A stretch of DNA of 64,000 bases from Patellaria atrata CBS 101060 (Eukaryota), in contig MU006092.1 of NCBI GenBank assembly GCA_010093705.1, positions 378,623 through 442,622 of the forward strand, written 5' to 3'. Of the stretch, positions 1 through 11,911 are shown piece after piece. Position 1 is the first letter of the stretch. Each line of letters begins with the position of its first letter. A program made the position numbers and the translations under genes. A model generated the notes under the pieces. It was not told where the DNA came from. It did no database searches and was given only the letters and a program-made list of their open reading frames with translations.

Positions 1-392
1 GCTTCCTCAAATCATGTACGAACTCATGTGGAACGTCACCGAATTCTCCGACAGGAACATGTGGCCCACCGACGGCTCCGATCCGTTCGTGTACAGCATG
101 AACATCGGCGGTGCCGCAGCTCACGGTGATTACGTCTTCGGCTGGAAGGGTGACAGTCTCCAGAAGGCTATGGACAACAGGTGCAATCTCAACAACGACT
201 GCCCCGCAGCTGGTCTTCACTCTCAACCTCCTGAGAAGTACAACGCCTGCACCATCAAGCAACAAGCTCCGGAACCAGTTGATGGATGTAAGTGACTTAA
301 TAACACTCCTAACGTAAGGAAAACAAAATGACTGACTTTTCGTTCTAGGGCTCTCAGCTCTCCCTATGGGTGAGGGTGCCATGAGGGCATAA
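1..392 (+). CDS. DUF1996-domain protein, 3' part (5' truncated by window)
   Basis: The motif HGDYVFGWKGDSLQKAMD is typical of DUF1996. Intron 288-348 (GTAAGT...CTGAC...TAG); the last exon WLSALPMGEGAMRA ends at TAA 390-392. Confidence 0.8.
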
Positions 393-2258
393 GCGCAGTT
401 CTGCATCATATCTCCTTCCTGTACTTCATTCATCGACTGGAGCGGTTTTGTAGAGACTCTCGGACTGTAAGGGTTAAATTGCCAGGTGCACAGACTATAC
501 CCAGACTACTTGACAACTACGCTCAGTGAACTCGTACGGATACATCAGCAGTTCTCTGATCTGTTGCTCTGTGTTGATGCGCTCTGCTGGTTTAGCATGG
601 TATCCATAGTATCGGTAATATAGCTATGAAATAGACGTTCTTAAAATTCACGATGACTGCACACAGAATCACTTGTATTCCTCCAATGTATCGTTTACTG
701 GCCATTCTTCAACCGCGAAATGGCTCTACGGTTTTCAGACATGCACTTGATCGTTAAGTCATTGAGTAAACCCCATCTTGAAAGTATTGTGTGACTACTG
801 GATGCCTTCGTACATCCTACAAGGACACTAGTTACCATTTAATCAAGGTTATATATTAAAATAAACAATCCGATCGAAACAGCCATGCGAAGGAAGACCG
901 TCCGTATGGCAACAACTAGAGTGGGTTTTCTGTTCAACTTCCTAACTTAGCATAGGCCCAGCTTTTTTCAAACTCCATGAAAAATCGTATAAGATTCCAT
1001 GGAACTAGTTTCCTCAAACCTGTTTCTTTAGTAGTCGATATTACCGTGACATATAGTATACTTCGAACATCACAGAGGTATGTATCTGTGTACGGAGTGG
1101 AAGTATAAGGAACAACCGATCTAGCGTAAGAAATGACAAGACTGAAGCTGAGACTCTTTTATAGCATTTGTGGGCTGAATAAAACCATAGAGAGCATGTG
1201 ATTGATACTTGACAAGGCACCAGATGCTCGGACGATCTTGCATCGCACAGTACCACACTGTACACTACTATTACAGTACCTTTGCAGTACCTTTTGCAGT
1301 ACGGAGCAAATGGTCTCAATAGGCACGGCACCTGGGAACGAATGCCGGGCATACCCAGCCCCCGATCGTGCGCTCAGATCCCCTCCAATATCCCCGAAAG
1401 ATTACCTTTACTCCACATTAACGGTTTCTCTATCTAAAACCACTATAAATAAACGATCTACGTGGGGAAACAGGGTTCGGCTATTGGAAGGCTTCCTTTC
1501 AGGCTGAAATGCCGCCTGCCAAGACTGGGGAACGTTTCTAAAAACCCCTGGCTCCACATGTCTTAGGAAGCGAAGTTAATATCCACGACTCATCTTTCAG
1601 CATCTTGTACAAGTCGCCCCTAAGTTGAAGCGTGAAGATTACGTCGCCCCTGGGTTTTATTTCAAGCATCGTATCCAGTCTTGTTAGGACATATTCGGGA
1701 CTCCGTACGGATGGATTTCCAGATCACTTTTGTATTTGTCCGTCGGCGAGATCTTTCGTCGATATCCATGATGACATCACTACTCTCTTGTCCCGGAGCC
1801 TCACCATGGGAAGGGCCATATTGAACGCTGGAAGAACGCTCTGGTAACTGGTACCCGGAGTGTGCATTGCTGCATAAGTGGGGTTTGCGCGCGCAGAGAG
1901 AAGTTGTTTGACTTTCTCTCTGAAGATATATATTTATGAGCATACAGTAGTCACCCCCTTGGACATTATCACACTCAATTGACGAGATCAAATGGTTCAA
2001 TATTCATAAATTGTAGCGTTATATACACTAATCGTCTTCCTTTTCGTGCATCACCGAGAAAATAGCTGCGATAACCGGACCCTCAAGATATCTCTTCCCC
2101 CTAACTAGATACACGCAATTCCGCACAAAACACTCGTTTGGACCAAACCGTAAATGGAAAAGTAGCAAGCCTGAGAAAGTCCAATATATCAACTAATCTC
2201 TCATCCGATGCACGCTCAGAACTTCGTCCCCTTGATGATTTCCATACAGCTGCACGAT

Positions 2259-2990
2259 TTACATGTTTTTGGTAACAAGAGCGTCGAAATTGGAGTTGAC
2301 ACCCTGCGAGAAGTCGTGTGCCCAGTAGTTGGTCACCTCGTGAACGGGAAAACTCGAGGAGTTGGATGAGGGCTGAGATGGGCGGGCACGCGAGTACGCA
2401 AATGCGAGGCGGTTCGATCCTCTGGAGTTGAGGATGACTCTGCGACCGGAAACATCGTTGAAGGAGGTGCATCCAGAGCACTTGGCGGTGACTTGCCAAT
2501 ATGTGCCGTTAGTACGGGTTCCGGTCCTGAGAACGGTGTATTGAGCTCCAGTGTAAGTTTGCGGCGTCGAGTGGGAACTGAAAATACGGTCAGTTTCCGT
2601 TTGGTATTGTTTCCGTAGGTCCAACTTACGGAGCCCAACGAGAGGAGATGACAGCGCTCTGTGCGTTTTGCCAGGCGACGCTTAGGGGGTTGTTTATCAT
2701 CTTGCCACCCCAGGCAAGCCCGCCCCAACCTACATCAGTGGGTGCTGCAATTTGGATGACGGAGTCATAGGAAGCATTCTCCGGGACGTTGGCTGGGACA
2801 GCGATGCGGAAGGTGATGCTTTTGCCGATTGCGTATGCGGCATTGTATTGAGAGAAGGTGAAACCGGTCTCAGCGTCGAAGACGGCGGAGACTAGAGATT
2901 GTCTGAGTAAAGGTTGTTGAGATCGTTGAGCATCTACTCACCTAAGGTCACCAGAGCGGCCGCAATGGTAAATGCAAGGTTCCAACGCAT
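2259..2990 (-). CDS. Secreted stand-alone cellobiose-dehydrogenase-type cytochrome (DOMON-like, CAZy AA8)
   Basis: ATG 2990 starts a signal peptide MRWNLAFTIAAALVTL. There are two short introns (~2892-2941, ~2578-2627). Motifs GWGGLAWGGKMINNPL (Met heme ligand), KCSGC and FPVHE (His ligand) are present; there is no flavin domain. Confidence 0.85.
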
Positions 2991-3076
2991 CGTGATATCG
3001 TTTCTTTGAACACAGAAGTTGAAGGAAAAAGGGCAGCAAACAAGCAACTTAAAGGCTTATATCGTGGTCTAGAGTT

Positions 3077-3125
3077 GGCTAAAGAAGTAAGAAAAGGTGT
3101 CATCGTCGGGCGCCTTTTATTAGCC
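3077..3125. promoter_or_regulatory. Two XlnR/Xyr1-type GGCTAA motifs upstream of the AA8 gene
   Basis: GGCTAAA at 3077 and TTAGCC at 3120 lie within 140 bp of ATG 2990. The motifs are short and could occur by chance. Confidence 0.35.
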
Positions 3126-5612
3126 AGAATCCGCGATATGGAATAAGATTCTTACGGTGCCGGAGCCTAAATTATTCACATATAGATCTCGTGGACAAAA
3201 TCGTTTTTGGGGAATGCAGTAAGGAGCTTATTGGTGTAGTTGTCGGTGCCAAGAGTCGATGTCCAGGTTGTATATAGAGAATTGCCCAGGTTATATACAG
3301 GGCTTCGGTAATTAAATGCACTCTAACTGGCTCGCTCCCCTCTCTATACCGGGTTGAAGGGGGGTACGAGAATTGTCAGATCTAGCGAATATGAGATTCT
3401 AGTAGTGCTTCCATCACTCATGTTGCTAAGAATACGCCGCTGTACGAGACTCGGGGTATGGCCGCAGCACAACATAGCGACCCGAGATGCCGTATAGTAT
3501 GAACGACGATTGATCCAATGGTTGATGCTCTATATCAAATCTTATGGTCACGTCTAGCTCTGCACTTGGTCCTGCAATATCGGTCTGAACGTCCCAAACC
3601 GTGCAACCCAACGTCACAAGTCTAGAATCATTTTTCTTAGACTATCGAATTTCGGTCACAAGTTAGCAATATGTCACCTGACTTCAATCTAAATGCATTG
3701 GAACCTGTCGGCCAAACACGAGTGCTTAGCTTCTGATACTCACATTGCATCCTCTAAATCAGATCTCTCCTATCGCTTTGCCAGGTCCCTAATCATTAAG
3801 CGAACAATAAGTTAGACAAAGATCAATTTGAGGCTCTCTTGGCCCACTAAAGCCGGTCGGGGTGAAATTGTCAAAATTCAGAAGATAGTTATACTCATGT
3901 AGTTGAAGGGACCCTTGGGGACATTGGATTACCAACCTTTCTCGTCCAGAGCAAATGTCTTCACAGACTGATTAGAAATGCTTTCCTGCCTTGAGATGTC
4001 GAACTACAACTCTTATGATAGTTCTTTAGGCGTTGAGTGTCTAGACTATATTCCCCCAGCTCCTCGCGTAGTAGCACCATAACGCTGGTTCCGTTTAGCA
4101 AAAACGGGAATATTTTGCGGAATTTATATACAATGATTGCCAGGCCCGCGGTCTGGGGTACTGATATTTCTCACAGTTAGCGCTCCTGCTCTATACACGC
4201 GAGGGATTGGCAATACCTGTATACCGCACTATTATCTACTACGCGAGACTCTCGTTTATTGCCCATCTCGCTCGAATTGACCAGTTCACATGTGGTGAAG
4301 ATGTCTTTAGTTGGCGACTCGTGGTAGCCTAGTGGATCTCGCAACGAAAATTGGAGCGTACTTTCGTGTAGCCTTATCGCAGTCGAGGACTTGGAGTACT
4401 GTTGGCCTAAAAAGGAGACAAAGTTAGTGTAGGTTTCGACATTTACAGCTTGGAGTATGCAGAACCTCAAAAAACCTTTTACCGCGTCTGGTGCAGTTCG
4501 GCTCAGCTGACTTCCCTCTAATCATCTTATCACGCAATGCAACCCTTTCTGCTCAATATTGTACCCGCTATCGCGTAAATTGAAGGGATACAGTGAGCCT
4601 TACGTTCATATTTCTACAACTCGTTTTTGCCATTAATGATTGCCGTTTGCTGAAAGAAAAAAGAAAAGAGACTGTAAGATAACTTCTGAAGACCAAAGTT
4701 CAATATTAAACTTCATTTTGCAGATCATGGCTATCGTTACCATTAGTTAGCTGCTTGAGATACAAATGCGCTGTGAGCAGTACTGACATGACATTGACGG
4801 GCTCTTCCGATAGGACAAATCCTGCTCACTCATCGAGAGGAATTACTCTTAAACTGATGAAAGCATTCTTCTTTTCGATATATTACAAAGCTTAGGAGAA
4901 ATAAACAGTACTTGAGCTCAGTCTTACAAATTCCGATAATATTGAGAAACACCAAATGGGTTTTGTAGAAAGATACAATTTAGAAAAGAAAGATAAAGCT
5001 TACCATATACTGTACCGTCAAGGAGTTCACTATCTACAATAAGACAGAGACTAGAAATCTCTTACTGCGCTCGTGAGGAAGCAAGGCTGCATCACACCAA
5101 AAGTTAGGCAACAATGACTTAGATATTTGAGTCGACAGCCTAGTAAGACGGAACTTCCTCATTGTATCACACCTAAAAGAAAAAAGAGCAGAAAGATTTC
5201 GGGGCTGAGCTTCCTATAGCCCCCACCGGCTTTTATTCAATTCCCTCGAACTCGACATTCTGACATTGGGGGATGCTGCGGTTTATGTACAGTGTAGGCG
5301 GTTGTTTTGCCAATGCAAGCCACTCGTCAAGCTTTGCCAAATGCGATCGATATGAACACCACCAACAGCCTTACCCGCTTAACGAGACCTATCATGACCT
5401 CCAATCCCACGGGTGGGAACAACACGGCGCGTATATACGGGATAGATGGCGTTCGAAAATAAGGCCGTGCAAAAGGCTATGTTCAACCTCATGAATTCGA
5501 GCCTCGTCGCTCAAAGACATTTAGTCTCGCGATGTAAACGCAGATCTTGCAATCGTACTGTACAACTAGGAGTGAACCCATTTTCGATTGAGCATCGCGC
5601 AGCTCAGCTTGA

Positions 5613-7307
5613 ATGATGATCAGATCACGACAAGACTGTGGAGCCGATCCGCTCTGGCAACCGACTGTTGAAGCTTATCAAGCTGCGGGCACAGACAACC
5701 ACCTCAGGTCTTGGTGGATTGAAACCTCAAGTCGAAGCGGACATACGTCTTTTGCAAACGAACTTGGAAGGCAATTTGGAGATCACAGAACGTCTTTCGA
5801 GTGCGGGATTGGGGATACCGCAACCTGCACGCTCTCTGGATGTTCTGGTAGCTTGATCAATTCTTTGAAAGCACTTTTCAGGATAGCTTACCTAGTTTAG
5901 ACTACCGAAGTGGCGGGGACGCTGCGTGGTCTTATCAAGCTCTTATTTCCACGGTCAATCTGAATACACTGTTCAACAACATCAATGCAAGTCGTATCTT
6001 CGCGATAGACATGTGAAACTGACGCTAACCATTCAACTAGGACGGAATCTCCAATGGACAGCAGGACTTCACAAACCTGATAGATGGTTTGTCACTGCGA
6101 TTCTTCCCGTGGAACGAACCGGAATTCGCCTTCGGAGATGCTTCTTTCTGGATTGTTGCCCTCCTTAGTATGTTGTTCGCTGCGATCCCGGTCATCGGAC
6201 CTTCAATCGGTGTAGGACTGGGAGCTTTTGCCGGAGCCGGAATACAACAAGCAGCTTATTCGCTTGCGCCTGAGTAGGACATCCAGTTTATAAATACCCT
6301 ATAAGCTACTAACATTGATCAGTCCAGATGGTGGAATCCAAACCGTATTGAGCATGAATCAGTACGCTTCAGATTTTGCTACGACGACCCGTTCTCAGTT
6401 GGATGTTTGGGCAAACACAACATTCCAGGGGGGGATGGACATGAACAACAAGAATATACTGTAAGCATCACCCCATAATGGTACAGGACCAAACCAACAG
6501 AATCTTAGTGACTATCTCGCCGGTGGGAGCTTCGTTGAAACCACAGGACTTCCAAGTACGTCCGAGATTGAAGCTTTTTATAAAAAACAGATGATATCAA
6601 GGACCATAAATTCCCAATGGAGGACTCGCAAAGTCTTCACGACTTTTTTCAAGACAAATGATTCAGCCGACAGTTCCGGTCCGAATGAAACGAAATGGTA
6701 TTCCCCAGAAGACGGAGGTGTATATTATACCTATATGTACGACGAAGATGGAACGTTGAAGGGCCATCTAGACAAGCCGTATGGTTTTGATTACCTTAAT
6801 GGCTCGGATTACGATATCCTCGGGAGTGAGATCACTCAGGCATCCGCCCGTGCCTTCAGATATGGTGGATTTAATTACACTAGAGAGATGGCGGTCGAAC
6901 AAGCCCAGGCATCTCTATCCTCCGGCGGTAGCCTCACCCCGTTTAGGGACGGAGCAGCTTGGAGTGGTACATGGAACCTCCCTGTATGCGAATTGCCACC
7001 ATCTCATAACTGGAACACCCCATTTGGGAATAAGACTTCTCGGTACGGGATTCTACCTTGTTGCTGCGGGTCAAATTGCGAAGATACAAAAGCTTTCGTT
7101 AATGCTACGAATATGCTAGGCTTTCAAACCTTGCTTAGGGGTTGCAAAGCTCAGCTAAAAGGAACCGATTTAGACTTCAGCAGCATTGACTATGGCTTCA
7201 AGTTAAAAAAGTCCTGTAAGCTTGGGTGGGCAGTATCGCCGGTCTGGAAAAAGGCTATGGCTGTAATACTGATGCCGATTTTTCTACCAATGGTCTGCAT
7301 GGCATGA
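5613..7307 (+). CDS. Uncharacterised 5-exon Cys-containing protein with a central hydrophobic hairpin and a C-terminal hydrophobic helix
   Basis: Splices into one open frame using introns 5848-5900, 5987-6040 (GC-AG), 6274-6322 and 6461-6508. Contains FWIVALLSMLFAAIPVIGPSIGVGLGAFAGAG, ILDYLAGGSFV and LPCCCG. The true start is uncertain because of an in-frame TGA at 5610. Confidence 0.75.
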
Positions 7308-7987
7308 CGCAGTATGATGATATCCACTAATGAGTTTGTGTCTCTCTTTTTAAGTTCTTTTCAAATGTTTTCTTTTCTCATACGAACAGGGTGGGCTCTT
7401 TGGTACTATACTTTGTAGTATAAAGTACTTGTTGACTCTAAAATGTTTGGCGAATGGTAATGGGGCGTCCTTTGAGTTCCACACACTATGGCGACGGCTT
7501 CGATCCTGGTGTTCTTTTGTAAAGTTTTCCCGAATTAGAAAATTTTCAACTAACTTCGTACTGTACATATCTATTAGGACTTGAAAATAATTTATGATTA
7601 TCATAGGAGTACTATTCAACTTACCTTGTAGACAAGCATATTAGGTTCTTAGATCGGTTGTTTATAGAACAAGGAACGATGACGGGAGGGAGCAAGGGGA
7701 GATTGCCATCCACTAAGGTTGCCTAACCTAACGGAAGGACCGTGCGCAATTTCCCTTGAACCAGAACTTTACCTTAACATCACTGTACTGTGGGTGTCTT
7801 GCATGTAGTTCCCAGTATTGCACAATCCAAATACACTTCTGTCTCTTTATAGTTCTACTGTCGAATCCGATAGTGTGCTGAAACCTTATCTAGAATACGA
7901 TCGGAACTATCCTACAAAGATATATCTCTCCAAATTCTTCAATCACCACGCACATGCTTGGTCAAGCAATATTATATCGAAAACACT

Positions 7988-10442
7988 ATGAATGATATCA
8001 CATCGTATAGCAGCGATGAAGATATAATCAATAACGATTCATTCTATAACAACCCGGTGGCTATGTTCGAAAGTCTTGGAGCCGGTCTACCGGAAAGGCT
8101 ACCGACGCCATCGATGCTATCTGCGAAAGAGGTCCGCTCTAAGGCGCGGCCACTCGTTGAAAATATCATAACTCAATGGAACCTCCTGAATGGAATCATA
8201 GAGAGATATGAAGCTACTATCCAGAAACGATGAATGAAGAAAACTACACAACAGCGCAAAGACATCCTTTTGACAGCATGGCCAAATATGTCAACAACAC
8301 ATCGTCCAGATATCGATGCATGGAAGATGAAGAACGACCGGACATCGAAATCAAAAGAGGACACATACTACTTTCCTTACATTAACTTAGAGGATTTAAC
8401 CAAACCGAGGCTGTTACTCTTGTTCTTCAATTCTAGAGGTCGCAACCCCCCCAACGCATTTGCCAATGCGGATCTCAGAGCAACTCACTTTGGTCAAACC
8501 TCACAAAGAATTATTCCTTTTTCTAAACGAGTATACCATGATGTTTAGTGACAGCCGGTGGCCAGACAGATATGGAGAGCTTATCTCATGGGACGACCAC
8601 CCAGATGCATCTCAGTGGCTCTTTACTGGACGCGGTGTTCATCCAGGACATGGGTTATGGATCTTACAAGTGCAGGAACGTTTGTACAGGTTCTTGGTGG
8701 ATTGCTGCAAACATATTGTGCATGACATTCCGGCTGCGAACTTGACGAATCTCAACCAGTCGATTCAACCTGAGCCTCCGTCACTATCAAGCAATTCTGA
8801 TGATTTTATATCTTTGACTATAACTGCAACGGAAGCTCCATATCGTCTTCCAGCTCATCTGAATTTCCGGAGACTAGAGTCACTTATTGAAGCAAAGCTA
8901 TCAGAAGCAGAGGACTATATTTGGTCATTAAGAGAAGACTTAGGTTACTCTGCTTCCGCCATTCTTGAATGGAAAGAACACCGTCGAGAAACCATGCTCG
9001 ATACTCGCGGCCATAGACACCCTGACTTCAACCCTACTCCAAGTACTTTGTTCTGGAATCGTGTCATAGTAAACGTGACTTCTTGGGCGTTCTCAAGGGT
9101 AGAAATATGGGGTCGACTTCGCGATATGGTCGCTGAGCTCTGTCGTCTCCAAACTGTGTATGCGGACGATATCTCCCCAGACAAAGATCTTCCTGAGCCG
9201 TACAAATCTGCACTATTGAGCTTTTACTTCCATCTGACTCAATTCGTCAAGGGCTCAATAGGTTCTCTAAAGACAGGTTTTATTCCCTCTCCGCCTATAC
9301 GGCCTTGCTTCGTGCGTGAACCACAGGAGCCACATTCTACAATTATCAGGATGATAAGGAGAACAAATCTAACCAAAATCAAAGGCCGAGAAGATTTGAT
9401 CTGGATATTCATGACGCTCTTTGATGAACGACAACTACATATTGCTGGTCTCAATACGTTGATGGACGAACTTGAGAGGCTCACGGAGAGCGATAATAGT
9501 ATAAAGGATTTGGTCTCACCGTTGGTAGCAGATTTTGTATCAGAGCTAGCATTGTTTTCACAGTGCCTATATCAAATTGAGTTGTACCAACCATGGGCAG
9601 CTACCTTGGAGCATGACTTGGCAGAGAATGATGAAAATCTTAAGGCTGAATACGTTGAGTCCCAAAGGCCTATAGCTGGATATGTTGGTTATCAACTATC
9701 TCCGAGAATAGTAGAACTCGGTACACCAGCGGGAGACAGGTTCCGCTACCCTATCGACAAGCGACGAGCTCGCCAAAATGTAGAGTCAATGATAGCTGCC
9801 GAGAAACAGCTGGATTCATTTTGGAACGCCTTGGATCTCCAGTTAAACGGCGCCGGCAGGATCTCTCCTCGCCTCAAGGCACTTTTGAGGCAACGTATGC
9901 TTCATCGAACTCCGGAGTGGCAAGAACCTCAAGGGAAATCTAGCACGTCGGCGGTTACAGAAGACGAGGGAACTGTTTTATTCCCTCTCTCTAGTCTAGG
10001 ATTTCACGTAGGAGAGGATACTGGCCGATACACATTTACTCAGTTCAAAGTCAAGCCTAAGACTCGCGGTGCCGCACATCCTATTCAGGAGGCGGAAAAG
10101 TCAGATGAAGTTACACCGTCTCCGCGAGGTCACAAATTTACGGTTGACAAGCGAGCTTTCAAAGTCTTCAACACTTTATTCTATACCCCAACAGTTTCTT
10201 CACAACCGGGCACGATAGCTTGGGCAGACTTCCTTTATGCCCTAGCAGCGTTAGGTTTCACGGCTGAAAAACTATACGGTTCCGTATGGCAGTTTCATCC
10301 AACCAAGCTTGATGTTGAGAGAAGCATCAATATCCACGAACCACATCCAAGTGGTAAAATTCCATTCACAACAGCAAAGAGGCATGGGAGAAGACCGAAT
10401 AGGGCATATGGGTTGCATACGGAAAGCTTCGTCCTGTCATAA
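7988..10442 (+). pseudogene. Disrupted ~810 aa fungal protein with a C-terminal HicA-like domain
   Basis: Three collinear ORFs. An in-frame TGA at 8231-8233 (IQKR*MKK) sits where Trp is expected, and a frameshift occurs in the T-run at ~8516-8523 (RIIP / FLNEYTMMF). The C-terminus reads IAWADFLYALAALGF...YGSVWQF...IHEPHP. Confidence 0.75.
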
Positions 10443-11911
10443 GTATGCGTTGCGGTTTGTTCACTGGATCAGGATAATGATTATTATATATAGGGCCGAC
10501 GAACGACCAAACAGAGTCTCCATCTATGTAGGAGCCTGGAACCGGGAGGTAAGTATTGAATGTAGGAACAATAACTGAAATGAAAACTTAAATCTATACC
10601 AGTCTCTTCCAGCTCTAGTATCTTTGCAAACTAACTATGTCATGTATAACCTGGAATTGCAACTCAGGCGATACGTTCAGTACTTTTAGCTTGTGAAGTC
10701 TGACATGATACTTTTCCCTTTTTGTTGGACGTCATGTTCTGTTCCATCTCCTTTTGTTTCTAAATTTTCTAGACTCAGCTTTCCTACCGCCCATTGCCGC
10801 CTCTCAAATGACTGAAGAGTTCATGGATTTCATTTCTTCGGTTCCATTCTTCAACAGGGAGTACAATCAAAAGTCTTTGCTCGTCTTAATGGATCACAGT
10901 TCTTTATAATCCCCTGTCATAGAATATCTCATCTACTGCTTGCTTACTCCCGAAGGATTCTCTGCAAAATGACTCATTAACATATGAAGGATTCCTCAGC
11001 GTACGTAGGACTAAACCGTACAGCGATAGAGGTTTGTTGATACTCCAAACGTAACTCACGCCAGTAATTGTCCAGTGAGCGTATGAGACCCGAGAGATAC
11101 CGAGAGATGCCGAAAGGTGACAGGAAAGACAACCTTCTATGCAATGAATTGGTGGTCCCAAGGAGTTTCTGCGAATAAGGTGTTCCTCTCGTGGCATGCA
11201 ATGATTCTGGATAAACATACATGATGGAAGAGATGATTCGTGCCGCATAACACACAATAGTTCTGTAGGCGGTCCCACTCGACCAGTTGGCCAAGGGCCC
11301 TGGATAATTGGGATAGAGATCAACCCGGGTTGGCGGTCTTAGACTCTTAGTTGTACCCCATACTTTACATCAACCGCGGAGAGAAGGACTACTGTATATC
11401 CTCGGCATCGAACGTGATGCCGATCTTAGCTCGTCTTCCATACGATTCAATTTCTGTCATATAGTTAGAGTACTTGGAAGTACATGTTCGGTGAGTTCGG
11501 TAAACAATTCATTCCCGAAAAGAATTAATGATGTTCCTAAAGCGTAGACGAAGCCGGCGGAATCGCTCCCACGCTTGCGTGTGAGTTGAGGGCATACAAC
11601 AGCAATAGTGATCATACTATTAACAACTATTAAGAAAAAAATATGAACGACGAAAGTAAACCCACGAACCATTTACTTGGACTATTGTATCCGTTTTTCC
11701 ACGCACGTCATATATTCCCCCGCGCACTAGACATGGCATATAGGCTGAATGTGGTAGTCCTCAAGCTTGGCGACATGGGCAAACCCTTGTATGAACAAAT
11801 TGAATATGCAGGCACCGGGAAAAAAGAATCTTTCTAGAACAAACACTCTATCCTCGTCCGCAATATAAAGACATATATCATGGGTTCTCCTCCCAGGATA
11901 GTGCAGAAACA

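Noticed and set aside
8231..8233. TGA as selenocysteine or programmed readthrough
   Set aside because: Dikarya lack Sec machinery, the position fits Trp, and a separate frameshift also breaks the gene.
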